Assembly (NCBI GenBank): GCA_951406725.2
Contig: OX597839.1
Span: 29,326,001 to 29,390,000, forward strand
Origin: Octopus vulgaris
Lineage: Eukaryota
Direction: 5' to 3'
Length of the DNA: 64,000 bases
A program made the translations under genes and the position numbers. Shown here in pieces: positions 35,790 through 50,140 of the stretch. The notes below the pieces were generated by a model. The model was not told the DNA's origin. It made no database searches and was given only the letters and a program-made list of their open reading frames with translations. How positions within the stretch are numbered: the stretch's first letter is position 1; each line of letters starts with the position of its first letter.

Positions 35790-36371
35790 GGAGTTGTTTT
35801 ATTAATATATTTAATAGAAACGATACGAGTTATAATATATTTAACAGAAACTTTTATAGAAATATATTGGAAAGAAGAAAAGGAAAAGAGAGAGAGAGAG
35901 GGGAAGGGAGAGAAAAGAAAACATAATTTGTTTGTTTAAAATAAACAACAACAACAACAACAACACACACAAACAGGGACAACAACAACAACAACTGGAG
36001 TTATTTCCCTTCTGGGCACTCCTGTCTCTTGGCTGGTAATAGGTTAAAATATTTCGGTAATGTGTAGGTGGAAGTAGGTGGTGGCGGTGGCGGTGGTGGT
36101 GGTGGCGGCGGTGGTGGTGGTGGTGGTGGTTGTTGTGGTGGTGGTGGTGAGGGTGGTGGTGGTGGGTGTTATGGTGGTGGTGGAGATGGGCACGGTGATG
36201 TGGTGGCAGTTGCGATGATGGAAGTGGTGGTGTATTGGTTGTCGAGGTTGTGGTTGTGGTGTTTGTGGTGGTGGTGGTGGTGGTGGGGGGAAGCGGGGGG
36301 GTATGTTGGCGGTAATGGTGTTCCGAAGAATTTATAATGTACTTCCTTTAGTCAACAAACAGCGGCAACAA

Positions 36372-36410
<39 letters not shown>

Positions 36411-36600
36411 CAACAGCAACAGCAGCAGCAGCAGCAACAACAGCAGCAACAGCAAAAACAGCAGCAAAAACAACATCGTCAGCAATAACATCATCATCAT
36501 CAACAACACCACCAGCAGCAACGACAACAACAAGAGCAGCAGCATTGGGAAACCGTGTCATCGACAGCGGAAATGAGGACAATAGCAACAACAACAACAA
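35050..36600. repeat. Compound microsatellite field (TG/TATG, GGT, CAG/CAA)
   Basis: Seen directly. Confidence 0.9.
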
Positions 36601-36845
36601 CAGGAAGAGGAAATCTCAGCCGAATCTGCCTCCGTCCATCCATCCATTAAATCCTATATTCTACTGGATCAAAAGAGAAAAGATACCATTGGATGACGCT
36701 GTCGTGGAATATTATATGAAATGGTCACGACTGGAACGCCTTCGATCAATGGTCCTTTTGGTTAAGGGCTGACTTGGGGCTAAATAACAACATCAACAGC
36801 AGCAGCAGCAACATAAAGAACCTCGACGACACCAACAGCATTAAT

Positions 36846-37081
36846 TTCTTTTATTTGTTTCAGTCATTTGACTGTGGCCATGCTGGAGCACTGCCTTTTA
36901 GTCGATCAAATCGACCCCAGGTCTTATTCTTTGTAAGCCTAGTAATTATTTTATCGGTCTTTTTTGCCGAACTGCTAAGTTACGGGGACGTAAGCACACC
37001 AGCATCGGTTGTCAAGCGACGTTGGGGGGGGGGGGACAAACACAGACACACAAACATATACACACACATACATATATATAC

Positions 37082-37132
<51 letters not shown>

Positions 37133-37297
37133 TTATATGTAGAAAAACACAAACTGGGACAAGAACGCAAAACATTTAGAAGACGATACAAAAAACAGGG
37201 ACGGGACATTCGAAGCCTTCAATCTTCAGTCAAGTACCGGATCATCCTCGCAATTTCGGCTGATTAATCTTGCTTCTTACCACTCAGCCACTCCTAC
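36846..37297 (-). mobile_element. SINE family B interrupted at its internal (TA)n by a ~130-bp foreign insert (37138-37270)
   Basis: 3' half at 36846-37065; head remnant accactcagccactcct at ~37279-37295. Confidence 0.7.
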
Positions 37298-37871
37298 AAC
37301 AACGATTAACAATGATAACAACAACAACATCAGTGACAATAAACTCAACATCAAAAAACGATTACAACAATAACAACAACATAAACAACGTAAACAGTAG
37401 CAGCAGCAGTAGTAGCAGCAGCAGCAGCAACAAAAGCGACAATAGCAGCCAAAGTCACATCATAACAGCAACAACAACAACGACAACGACAATTATTAGG
37501 CAAAGTAGGATAACAGCAGCTTCAAACATCGGCATCGCATCAAGAGAGAAACTCTGACAACGACATCAGGAACAGCAACAATAAGAAATGACAAGAGCGG
37601 CGATAAGGCCCACGTCCAGCCCCTGAGGAAGAAAGTAGCCGCCAAGTGGACAGTGATGGCGGCGGCGGAAAGGATTACAAAAGCAACAACAACAGCAACA
37701 ACTGGGAAAGAATATGGCAGTTGGGATGGAAGAAATAAAGAAACGGAAGTGAGATAAATAAAAGGAAGTCGGTGTGGGGGGAGGAGGAATACGAGGAACA
37801 GGAGGAGGAGAGAGAAAACGAGGGAAATGAAAAGCAGAGAACAAAGGAAGAAAGAAAGAAAACTGAAGAAT

Positions 37872-37963
<92 letters not shown>

Positions 37964-38174
37964 AGAGAGAGAGGAGAGAGAGAGAAGGAGAGAGAGAGAG
38001 GGAGTAAGAGAGTAAGGCAGTGAGACAGAGAGAGAGAGAGAGAGAGGAGTGACGAACACAAAGAATGAGAGATATATAGGGAGAGATAGAAAGTGAAGGA
38101 CAGAGAGATATTGAAGAAAAGAAAGAATGAGAAAGAAAGAAAACAGTAGAATGAAAGTTATGAAACTTAGAGAC

Positions 38175-38447
38175 CCTTTAGGCCGGAGTTTATGCCAGTG
38201 TCCGTGACTATAAGCGGTTAAGAGAACCAGACTTTAACCCCACCACCCGCAACCCGGACAGGACGCTAGTCCGTCACGACGTTAACTCTCCCAGATGTTT
38301 CCTGTACCCAGTTTCAACCGAGCAGATTGAAACAGCGTGAACTCAAATGCGTCACTGAACAGCACGAGGCACCATCCAGCCCGGGAATCGAAGCAATGAT
38401 TCTACGATTGCCAGTCCAACATCCTAAGCCCGATGCCACACACCTTC
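38175..38447 (-). mobile_element. Degenerate SINE (CORE-like body, tail-3-like)
   Basis: B box on the minus strand (cccgggaatcgaa); ggacaggacgctagtccgtc tail motif. Confidence 0.5.
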
Positions 38448-38719
38448 GTACAGAAAACGAATGAGATTAAAACGTCATAAGAACTAATATAGGGAGAACG
38501 AAAGAAGGAATATTTCCGCGGCTCTCATAAACTATGACAGCGAGACTGTCCTAAGATGAAGAATTTAAAGGTAAGACTTTAAAGGTAAGACTATGTAGTT
38601 GTGAAATCTGAACAGGAACTTGTGCAGTAAACTGTTTATGGTTCTTGCACCTGGAAACTAAGCAAAAGACTTGATCTCGGAGCGTGAAGTCGGACGAAAT
38701 ACCACTAAGCATTTTAACT

Positions 38720-39325
38720 GCCGGGCAAAATACTTAGCAGTATTTCGTCTGCCCGTTCTGAGTTCAAATTCCGCCGAGGTTGACTTTGCTTTTCATCCTT
38801 TCGGGGTCGATAAATTAAGTACCAGTTACGCACTGGGGTCGATATAATCGACTTAATCCGTTTGTCTGTCCTTGTTTTTCCCCTCTGTGTGTAGCCCCTT
38901 GTGGGCAGTAAAGAAATAGGTATTTCGTTTGGCTTTACGTTCTGAGTTCAAATGCCGCCGGGTCGACTTTTTTTTTCATCCTTTCAGAGTCGTTAAAATA
39001 AATACCAGTTGAACACTGGACTCCTCCCCACAAAAGCTGTCCTTGTATCAAAATTTAAAACCAATATTTGTGCTTACGATATTACTTTGACAGAGGGCGG
39101 CGAGTTGGCAGAATCGTTAGCACGCCGGGCGAAATGCCTAACGGTATTTCGTCTGCCGCTACGTTCTGAGTTCAAATTCCGTCGAGGTTGACTTTGCCTT
39201 TCATCCTTTCAAGGTCGATTAAATTTGTTATGCACTGGGGTCGATGTAATCGACTCAATCTCTTTCTCTGTCATTGTTTGTCCCCTCTGTGCGTAGCCCC
39301 CATCCCTGTGGACAATAAAAAATAT
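38720..39325 (+). mobile_element. SINE family A dimer (junction at 38920) plus a further copy
   Basis: Same aaagaaatag|gtatttcg junction. Confidence 0.85.
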
Positions 39326-39467
39326 TGCTTTGACATTCCATATTATATTGATAAAATAACCTATATGCAAATAACTTTAATGTTGATCAGCAGCAAATTT
39401 TTGGGGGCGTATTTAATTTTCTTGAATCGCAGCAAGGGTGTTGCTACGATTCGTTGAAAGGGTGTTG

Positions 39468-39685
39468 TACAGTATTTCCAGCATGTATGTCAACGTAGCG
39501 TAACCTTATTATATGAAGATGCAGGGCAAACATTCAAACATCGTCACTATCTTTCCAAACCCTGCTGCATTTCACATTGAATTTTCGGTCCCCCAAAGTC
39601 GTTTTGGTATATAAGTTGACTTAGCATGTTTTACCTGTAAATTTTGATCACAAAAAATTCGACTCGAATGCCGGAAAATATTGTA
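39468..39685. mobile_element. Degenerate Tc1/pogo-type MITE
   Basis: TA-cagtatttcc..gca / tgccggaaaatattg-TA termini, with a subterminal tataagttgac repeat. Confidence 0.5.
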
Positions 39686-40729
39686 AAAAAAGTGGGTCGA
39701 TAATTCTAAAAAACAAAAGTTTGAGAAGCGTTGTTGTCGAATATAAATGTTTTATTCGTGAATATTTTCCCGTATATTTTTGTTTTGTGTTTTATCGTTT
39801 ATAGCATTGCAATCGCTCTTTGTTCTATGTACGTGGGGAGCTGGCGGTACAGAGTTGTACTTGTGCGACCAACACAACAGTTTGCGGTTAAAGTCGCGAA
39901 GTTTACAGTTGAAGTCGTGAAGTTTATAATTTTACTATTTGTAATAAAATCTATAAATCATATTGGTTGTCTGTTGCTTGTTCGCGCGTTTACGTTTTGT
40001 TGTTTTTTTGGTATTAATGAATAAAAAAAAGTTTTTGTTTTTAAAATGTTTTAGTGACGTTTTTTAAGTCTTATTTCTAAGTGTTTGTTGAGGTCCAAAG
40101 CAATTTGTGGGTTGTTTTGATGAAGTGTTTATCTAGTCAATATATGACCATCACCACAACCACAGCCGTCCGCCGTCGTCGTCGTCATCATCATCATCGT
40201 GAGTACCATCGCTTAAGTCACCACCACCACCACCACCACCACCGTCACCATCACAACCATCACTATTACTACTATCAACGTCATCATAATCACGGTCTTT
40301 ATCAAAACCGCCCATCTCTGCCACCTACACCACCACCACTAACAACAACAGCATCATCATCATCACCATCATTATTAACGCCGACCTCCGCTACCACTAC
40401 CCTCACCCACCCACCACCACCACCCACTGTTCCTCCGATGATCATTTCCATTAAAAGATTGTGCAAATATCTCAGATATTTAAATATTAATAGCACTGGA
40501 TTGCGGTTTTTATAAATTGTTGGTCTGGATTTTAGGATGCTTGATGGTGGGAGAGGGTGGTGGTGGTGGTGATGATGGTAACGATGATGGTGGTGGTGGT
40601 GATGATGGCGCTAGGAATTGTGGTGGGGATGGCGATGATCGTGATGATGGAAGAGATGATGATGGCGATGACGTCGTTATCATCATCCGATGATGATGAC
40701 GACGGTTCCTCTGCTTTGTGGCAGAAGTA

Positions 40730-40890
40730 GAAAGAAAGAGTGAAAGTTATGGTGAAAGAGTACAGCGAGGTTCAACCCACGCCCCACCGCCGGAGCCTCG
40801 TGGAGCTTAGGTGTTTTTGCTCAATAAACAATCACAATGCCCGGTCTGGGAATCGAAACCGCGTTCTTACGACCGCGAGTACGCTGCCCT
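40730..40890 (-). mobile_element. SINE family C head/body
   Basis: Matches 50690-50863. Confidence 0.8.
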
Positions 40891-41104
40891 AACCACTGGG
40901 CCTTTGCGCCCCCACTGCTGTTGCAGTTGCTACTGCCGCTTTATGTGCTCCGGGTCAGCCCTAATCAAGCTGACCCGTAAAGCGCTTTCAATAAGGAGAA
41001 AATATCAACAAAACAGACCCAGGGCACACAGAACCGCTCTCCGTGGTGCAGTGAATGCACATCATAAAAAGAAGACTGCTTAACTACAACAACAATAATA
41101 ATAA

Positions 41105-41322
41105 TAATCCTTTCTACAATAGGCACAAGGCCTGAAATTTTGGGGGAGGGGGCCAGTCGATTAGATCGACCCCACTACGCAACTGACACTTAATTTATCG
41201 AACCCGAAAGGATGAAAGCAAAGTCAACCATGGCGGAATTTGAACTCAGAACGTAAAGACAGACGAAATACCGCTAAGCATTTCGCCCGCGCCTGCTAAC
41301 GACTCTACCAGCTCGCCGCCTT
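41105..41322 (-). mobile_element. SINE family A
   Basis: Full-length on the minus strand. Confidence 0.85.
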
Positions 41323-41326
41323 GATG

Positions 41327-41372
<46 letters not shown>

Positions 41373-41378
41373 CAACAA

Positions 41379-41922
41379 CCTTGATGTAGTACCAGGCAGT
41401 GGCTCTCATCTTAACTGATTGGAAGTGTTATCATGTACATTGTTTTGTCTTGATATAAAAGATGGGCAACAGCAAATATTCTGCTCAATACCACAGATTT
41501 GCTTGTCAGTTGTTTGACCGTAACCAGTTGACCATGTCCCTTAGTGGCTGGCGGTATGTGCATCTCTGATCACGAGCAGAAGTAGTGGGAGAGCATCATA
41601 GCCATGTGTTGAGAATAATTCTTTGGGGTTTAAATAATTCACCTCTGGAAACATGGGTGTTTCGTTCATCATCCTAAAGCAACCCTTATTCAGGGACCTT
41701 TTGAGCAAGATGGGCTACTTGACATGAAGAAAATTCTAACTGGGCCCCACCTGCAAGGTCATGTGCTGTTTATCTTGATATGAGATCACCATGTCGCGCA
41801 CATATGGTTGTGATGCATGTGCCTGGTGTACCCTTATCAGATGGGTAGTCATGATGGGGATACTGGGCTTCATATATTTGTACCCCAGAGTCACTTTGAT
41901 GGCATGCATTGCTCTCTCACTC
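41379..41922 (+). mobile_element. ~545-bp non-coding element flanked by (TAA)n, copy 1
   Basis: Colinear reverse complement of 59935-60491 with the same two ends. Confidence 0.85.
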
Positions 41923-41960
<38 letters not shown>

Positions 41961-42336
41961 CAACAACAATGATGATGGCTTCAAATTTTGGCACAACGCC
42001 AGCAGTTTGGAGGGAGTGGGTAAGTCAGTCACATTGGCCTTAGTGTTCAAGTGATACCTAATTTCTAAACCCCGAAACGCTGAAATGCACAGTCGTCCTC
42101 GGCGGACATTGAACTTGGAACGTAAAGACAGACGAAATGCAGCTAAGCATTTTGCTCACTGTGCTAATAATAAGAATAATAATAGCAATATTATTATTAT
42201 TGTTGTTGTTGTTATTAATAGTAATTGTAGAAAGTTCACAATTGTTTTATATGTAATAGTGTAATAGCGATAATAAACAAATAGTACGTGACCTAATAAA
42301 AGGAAAAAATAGTAATGTCATTCACTGAAAAAAGTA

Positions 42337-42387
<51 letters not shown>

Positions 42388-43349
42388 TATATGCATATAT
42401 ATGTACGTATATGTATATGTGCCTATATATTTATGTCGGTGACGTTTTAGCGAATGGAAACTTAGGCGTCGTAGCTTATGGAGTCCGGAAGAAATAATCT
42501 AAAACCCGGGGAAATAACAAAGAAGAATGGCTAAAATAAGAACGCGTTTAATTCCAGTTCAAACATCGCAAGAGACAGGAAACTGAACGAAGAATTGTTA
42601 GTGTCAGCATATTTCTTCGAATAAGGGAAGAAAAAGAAGCCATGGTCGCCAAAAATAAAAGAAGAAAAGGAAACGAATAGAATAGGAGAATTGTTTCAAA
42701 ACAAGAGACAAGTCTATGAACTCGTCGACATAGAAACTAGGAGGGGCTGCCGAAAAAATCTTGAATAAAATCATAATTAACTGATTCTGCTGTACTGAAA
42801 CGTAGGGTTCAAGGACACAATGCGTCAATGGGAATCGAACTCATGATCTTACGAACATGAGTAGAATACCCTAACCACTAAGCCCCACTTTATGGTAAAG
42901 TAAATAACAAAAACAAAACAAAAATACAAATCAGATAAATAATCCTAAAGAACCCCTCCATTTATCCGAGCAGACATTTGTAAACGAATTAAGACCGAAG
43001 TGACGAGAAATCTTTATTCTGATTGGTTGATTTAATTTCAGTTTGATCTGGTTTTAAACACTGGGGTTTCCTTTATCGATAATCCGACAGATTATCAGGT
43101 CTGAAATACCCGGAATATAGCGACTGAAAACAATAACAACAACAATAGTAGCAACAGCAGAAGACACAACGAATCCTACATTTAGTTTATGATGTGTTAA
43201 TAGACGGGTGCTTCCACGATGTATTCTCGAACCGCCTCCAGAGTTCAATGAACTTTTCATTTTAATTAATAATTGATCTAATAAGTATCAACTTCAAATC
43301 TAACGTTAACACTTATATCTCACCTCATAACTCTTTACTGTATCAGAGA

Positions 43350-43545
43350 AGTGGGGGTGCGCATGCATTTCATCACCGAAGCTGCCAAGAAAATCATTAA
43401 TTGGCTTCGGATAAAAGTGGACCAACAAGTGATTTGCTGAACCTGGATTGGACTGAATCAACTGGGTGAGGTAGGTCTGATATTGAAAGACCCGAAATCC
43501 CTTAAGACCCCTAAAACATCACTGATGATGCATCCCAAAACATCT
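43350..43545 (+). mobile_element. Hero-clade (RLE) LINE 3' end
   Basis: ITEAAKKIINWLRIK followed by UTR ctgggtgagg..gtctgat.ttgaaagacccgaaa..gacccc..acatcactgatgatg, recognised as Hero-type. Confidence 0.55.
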
Positions 43546-43699
43546 CAGAAATGAATCGTGGAGCGACCAGAAAGAGTAGCCTTTTCAGATCTAAAATTGG
43601 TTTCAAATTTCGGTACGAAGTCAACAAGTTCGGGGATCAACTGGTACTTATTTTATGGAACCCGGAAGGAAGGAAGACAAAGTCGACCTTGGTGGACTG

Positions 43700-44089
43700 C
43701 TTCAGTCATTAGACTGCGGCAAGGCTGGGGCACCGGTTAGATGAATAAGTTTTAGTCAAATGAATCAAGACCCAGGATATTTTTTAATGCCCGGTACTCA
43801 ATCAATTGATCTCTTTTGGCGAACTGCTAAGTTACGGGGATGTAAACATACCAACACCAATCGTCAAGCGGTGGTGGTGGGGGACAAACACAGGCACGCA
43901 CGCGTACACACACACACACATACACACACACACACACACACACAGAGGACGAGGTTCTTTCAGTTTCCGTCTGCTAAATCCACTCACAAGACTTTGGGCA
44001 GCCTGAGGCTATAGTAGAAGACACTTGCCCTCGTAGTGGGACTGAACCCGAGATCATGCGGTTGGGAAGTAAGCTTCTTTCCACACAGC

Positions 44090-44090
<1 letters not shown>
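43700..44090 (-). mobile_element. SINE family B
   Basis: Colinear with other family B copies. Confidence 0.8.
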
Positions 44091-44130
<40 letters not shown>

Positions 44131-44629
44131 AAACACATACACACATGCTTTTTGTGAAAAGTGCACGTATTTTCCTATGTGTGTACTGGTGTATCCATTT
44201 GTGTGTGTGTACTTGTCTACCCATGTGTGTGTGTACTGGTGTATCCATGTGTGTGTGTACATACAACTAACCTATTACTTTGTCCATTTCCTTCCCTATT
44301 TCCTCTTCCTCTTTCCCCCTTCTTTCCTCTTCCCTGTTTTTATCCCCTAATCAGCAGCACAAAACATTCTTCTTTACCGATTTCATTCTCTCCTCCAACA
44401 TTATTTTGTTTGTTTGTTGCTCGACTGACTTTCGTTTTGAGTTCTCCATTAAGGTAGACTTCATTCAACTGAATAGCGTATTCCTTGATGGAAAAGTACA
44501 CCAGGGGGCATGAGATATTCGGAATGTTACGTAAGAGGCATCTAATGTACGTTTGAAACACCTGTAGTACTCAACTTCCTCTCCCATTCCTTTTACTCTC
44601 TCTCTCACACACATACACATTTATGATGA

Positions 44630-44935
44630 AGGCGCGTGGCCGAGTAGTTAGGGCGTTGCACTCGCAATTGCAAGAACATGGTTTCGATTCTCGGATCGGG
44701 CGCTGCGTCGTGTTCTTGAACAAAAGATTTCGTTCCACACCGCTCTGCGACCATTTCGACATCTGACGTGTGGCATACCGTGCACCTGTTCAGGCAAGCA
44801 ATATCGATTTGATGGAGAGAGTGTGCGAATGTGCAGTCGCAAACCAAATCTTCTCTGCAGATCGTTTGGTAATTTCTTGCAGAACCCTCGTCTGTCGTCT
44901 ATGACAGGAAGGAGAGTTCATCATACACGATGGCT
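44630..44935 (+). mobile_element. tRNA-derived SINE, CORE-like body with a further tail type
   Basis: ggcgcgtggccgagtagttagggc (A box), ggtttcgattctc (B box), gtgttcttgaacaaa body. Confidence 0.7.
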
Positions 44936-45560
44936 GCCCCTTGTTATCGAGTATGGCCATTGCACGAAGCTTAACTGCTGTTGGTGCTGTGATCGAATGA
45001 GACTTTTATTTGCTTTTTAAGGTTACAGCCAGCCATTCAGTTGAGACTCACAGCACCATCAACAATCATGAACAATGTTGTTATCGTGCAATGCCTGTGC
45101 AAGAAGATTTTTTTTAAAGTTAGGAAAGGCTGTGCACTGAGTCAATCCCACTCACTAAGCAACAGTAGCCATAATCCGAAAAGAAGAACAAGTCAACATC
45201 ATCGGTAACCACTGAGCTTCAGATTTATGTCGGAGTTATCCTAGATACCTGAGTTACCTTGAGTCCTTCACCCCCAATGGTTTAACCGCGCGATCGGGTA
45301 TTCAGTCCGATTATTTCTATGCCCCCGCGCATGATACAGCCTAAAGCCTTAAGAAGAAAAACAACAACACATTTATTGGATGGCCGTTGACTCTCAAAAG
45401 TTCCTCTGCCCTTTGACAGATTTTGTTTTTCATCCCGTATGGTGTCCAATAAACACCCTCCTCACCAAGCAAGTTTGGTGGGGTTGTGGGTTTAGTCGCC
45501 GACTGCCCGACCATGCAACGGGTTGTACTGGGTTATATGTTACCAGTAGCACTCGAAAGT

Positions 45561-45604
<44 letters not shown>

Positions 45605-45624
45605 GGCAGACAGGCAGACAGGCA

Positions 45625-45665
<41 letters not shown>

Positions 45666-45775
45666 ACAGACAGACATACATACATACATACATATATGCA
45701 TGCATGCATGTATGTATGTATATGCATACAAACATACGTATATATATAAATACGTATATACATATATAACATTTA

Positions 45776-46155
45776 ATGGCACTCCGTCGGTTACGATAAC
45801 GAGTGTTCCAGTTGACCCGATCAACGGAACAGCCTGCTCGTGAAATTAACGTGCAAGTGGCTGAGCACTCCACGGACACGTGTACCCTTAACGTAGTTCT
45901 CGGGGAGATTCAACGTGACACAGAGTGTGACAAGGCCGGCCCTTTGAAATACAGGTACAAGAGAAACAGGAAGAAAGAGTAAGAGAAAAGTGTGGTGAAA
46001 GAGCACAGCAGGGTTCACCAGCAACCCCTGACGGAGCATCGTGGAGCTTTAGGTGTTTTCGCTCAATAAACACTCACAACGCCCGGTCTAGGAATCAGAA
46101 CCGCGATCCTAAGACCGCGAGTCCGCTGCCCTAACCACTGGGCCATTGCGCCTCC
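45776..46155 (-). mobile_element. SINE family C head/body with tail 1
   Basis: Head ggaggcgcaatggcccagtggttagggcagcggactcgcggtc; tail shared with 31960-32135. Confidence 0.85.
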
Positions 46156-46175
46156 ACACACATATGATATACATG

Positions 46176-46228
<53 letters not shown>

Positions 46229-46944
46229 GAGTGTTTGTCTGTGAGTGTGCGCATATATGTGTGTATGTGTGTGTTGTATATATGATGGGAGAGGACGTGT
46301 ACAGAAATTAACGGAAAGGAGAAAAAAAAATATATGAAACATGCATGGCTAAATCTGCTTCATCAGCCAACTTTTATCCAGAGTCAGTATGATTTCGGCG
46401 CTTGGAAAATCTTTGTCATCGCACATCTGAAAAGCAATCGGGTTAAAACATAGAACAAAGACAAATCTTGCGACAGAAAAGACATCGAACGAAGACCTAA
46501 AGCTCACGCGAAAAATAAGAACAAACAGATATAGATTATAAAGAAAAGAAACGTCTTTTGATTTGAGACACAGACAATAACGCATGCACATACATATTCA
46601 TGTAAATATCCTTCAATATTTATATTCTTTTACTGCAATCCGTCATTGGATTGTAGACACGGGGAGGCACCGGCTCCTGCGGTTTAGTCGTCGACCATGT
46701 TAAACGCAGCTTTTGCTTTAAAGCATGGTGACTTATTATATCGGTTCTCAATTTGTCGAATCTCAGGTCAAACAAATGTCAATAGACACACACACACACA
46801 CACACTGAGGCCTGCGCGTATGAAAATGTGTGTACTTATATAAACATGTGTGTGTGTGTGTGACACAGGCTTCCGTACATTTTTCGTCTACAAAATTGCA
46901 CTCACTACGTATTGGTCAATCCGAACGTATAAAAGTATACATTT

Positions 46945-47237
46945 GCTAAATAGACAGACAGACAAATAGATAGGTAAATTGAGATAAATATACAGATAGA
47001 CAGGTAGGCAGATAGATAGATAGCTATGTAGAAAGATATGCAAATAGTAATATATACATACATACACACACAGGTAGATAGATAGATAAATAGATAGACA
47101 AATAAATAGATAGATCGATAAATAGATCGATCGATCGATAGATGGATAGACATATAGACAGATAAATAGATAGTTAGATAGATAGATATATAGACTGTTA
47201 GGTAGGTAGATAAATAGATAGATAGATGGATAAACAT

Positions 47238-47322
<85 letters not shown>

Positions 47323-47361
47323 GATAGATAGGTAGATAGATAGAAATAGATAGATGGATAG

Positions 47362-47393
<32 letters not shown>

Positions 47394-47400
47394 CAGAGAG
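46945..47400. repeat. (GATA)n/(GACA)n microsatellite
   Basis: Seen directly; others at 47720-47775 and 61325-61480. Confidence 0.9.
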
Positions 47401-47720
47401 ACAGACGTGTAAGAAGGTAGAAATAGTAAACAAACGCAGACAACATTTCGGTGGAAGAACGAAGGAAGAAAAAACGATGGCAACGTCTGAAGAATTAATA
47501 GAGTAAGTACGACGTCGATAGAATTTGGTAAAAGCAGCAATCAATAGAGACGACTTCGTGAAACGTAGTAGCAGCTAACGAACACGATTGGTTGAATAAC
47601 GGATTTGGCGTTCGTTTATTCCGGCACTGAAGGAAAACGGAGTGATAACACACAGACCCAGACACACACGCACATACACTGCGAATAAAAACTGACACAC
47701 TTACGTACACGTACATACTC

Positions 47721-47774
<54 letters not shown>

Positions 47775-48133
47775 TTGTTGGAGTCTGCATCCAAGTAATC
47801 CAACAGGAGTGAGAAACGGGATTGTAGTCCTATCGAGATCTCAAATATCCATTATACGTGTATATGTAGTACTTATATACACAGAATATAATACAATACA
47901 ATATAGTACATACATACATACATACATACATATAGTATTTATCCGTTTAGATAAAAAAAAAAAAGGAGTGCTCAATAACATGGTAGAGCTTAATGGAATT
48001 TTATTTTGGTCGAGTCACTCTCTTGCTACTCTGAGTTTCACCTGGAGGGTTGGAAGAGTTTTAGGCGGGTTGTGAGTCCTGTGTCCATACAAGTGAAGAT
48101 TAGAACAGCAAGAGCCTGACTCAATCAAAAGTG

Positions 48134-48168
<35 letters not shown>

Positions 48169-48465
48169 TGGTGGGTGGGTTTGAGGGTGTATGTGTATAA
48201 ATATATATATATATATTGGTACACGCACTCACATACATACATATGTAGGTTTTATATACACACATTATGTATATAAGTACATATATCTGGATATGCACCT
48301 GTGCATACTCACTCATATATATGTATATACATTTATATACATACGCACATATATGTATACACATTTATATACATACACACATATATGTATACACATTTAT
48401 ATACATACACACATATGTATACATATATACACATATATATGTATATACATTTATATCCATACATT

Positions 48466-48500
<35 letters not shown>

Positions 48501-48924
48501 GTATGCATCTATCTATCTACATAAACATTTATAAATATGTATATATACGTAGGCATAAATAATGATGTGTATCTGTGTGTTTGTTAGTGAATAGTGTGTG
48601 TGTGTGTGTGTCAGTGTGTGTGTGTGTCAGTGTGTGTGTGTCAGTGTGTGTGCATGCGTACATAGCAGACCACGCACCGATTTCCTATCCACCTGAAGTT
48701 GATGTTATCTTCCATGCTGCAACACAAGTGTTAACGAAAACAAGGTAAACAAACTCGAGCTACCCGGGTCGATCAAACCAACTCCACGCTATCGCTCACC
48801 TTCCAGTCTCTGGTGTTCTGCTTCTCTCAGAAGCAAGCCTTATCACTACAATCTACGCTAGCAATAATAATGGTTATTATTGCTCTCGTTACGGAGCTGG
48901 GAGATTGTGCGAACGTTTAATATC

Positions 48925-49608
48925 AGAACTAGTAGAGTCGCTAGAGTCTCCGACAAACTGCTTTGTGGTAATTTCTCCCCAATCGTTACGTTTTGAGTTC
49001 GAATTCCACCGTGGTCATCTTTGCTTTTTATTCCTTCTGCGTCGATAAAATAAAAAAAGCACTAGCCAAATAATGGGGTCGGTGCCAACATTTGAGTCCC
49101 TTATTAACAAGTCGAACAAAAGGTTTAACAGCATTTCCTCCAACTCTTAACGCTCTGAGTTCAAATCCTGCTGAGGTCGACTTCACTTTTTATTCCTTCT
49201 TTCCTTCAAAATTGCTGGCTTTGTGCAAAGATCTGAATCTATTATCAGCAAGTCGGACGAAATGCTTAGCAGAGTTTCTTTTGACATTTTACATTCTGAG
49301 TTCAAATTCCGCCGAGGTCGACTTTGCTTTTTATTCTTTCTGGGTCGATAAGATAAAGTATCGTCCAAGTACTAGGATCAATGATACTGATTGACATTCT
49401 TTCCCTCAAAATTGTTGATCTTGTGCGAAAATTTGAATCCATTATAGGCGCAGGCGAGGCTGTGTGGTAAGAACCTTGCTTACCAACCCGTGATTCCGGG
49501 TTCAGTCCCACTGCGTAGCACCTTGGGCAAGTGTCTTCTACTATAGCCTCGGGCCGACCAAGGCCTTGTGAGTAGATTTGGTAGATGGAAACTGAAAGAA
49601 GTCTTTCG

Positions 49609-49650
<42 letters not shown>

Positions 49651-50140
49651 CCTGTCTTTGTCCCCCACCATCGCTTGGCCACAGATGCTGGTATGTTGAC
49701 GTCCCCGTAACTCAGCGGTTCGGCAAAAGAGACCGATAGAATACGTACTAGGCTTACAAAGAATACGTCCTGTGGTCGATTTGTTCGACTAAAGGCGGAG
49801 ACTGACACAAATAAAAGAGTAAGTCGGACAAAATGCTTAGCAGCATTTCTTCCGAATCGTTACGTTCTGAGTTCGAATTCTGCCGAAGTGAACTTTGCCT
49901 TTCATCATTTGGGGACCGATAAAATAAATACTCGTCAAGTACTGGAGTCGATATTAATCGATTTTCTCCCTGCTCGCAGAGGCTAAATTTCAAAGAATTA
50001 TTGATATTATTGTTGATAACACCCTAGCACACAACTGGTGCTAATTTATCGATCTCGAAAATCCGGAAAGCAAAGTCGGCTTCGGAAGAATTTGAACTCA
50101 GAACGTTAAAAAGCTGGAAGAAATACCGTTAAACGTTTTC
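48925..50140. mobile_element. Cluster of degenerate SINE A copies with a full SINE B (+ 49446-49800)
   Basis: Repeated gagttc.aattc B boxes; last copy on the minus strand. Confidence 0.75.

Noticed and set aside
36303-36772. Poly-Q ORF followed by NPIFYWIKR (Hox hexapeptide-like)
   Set aside because: Separate ORFs with an intervening stop; no homeobox in the window; the 3' part is a repeat tail.
46340-46430. CTGATGAAG on the minus strand and other partial HHR boxes (15125, 37210-37265, 51825-51855, 52330-52355)
   Set aside because: Only one core box, or no helices; not supportable individually.
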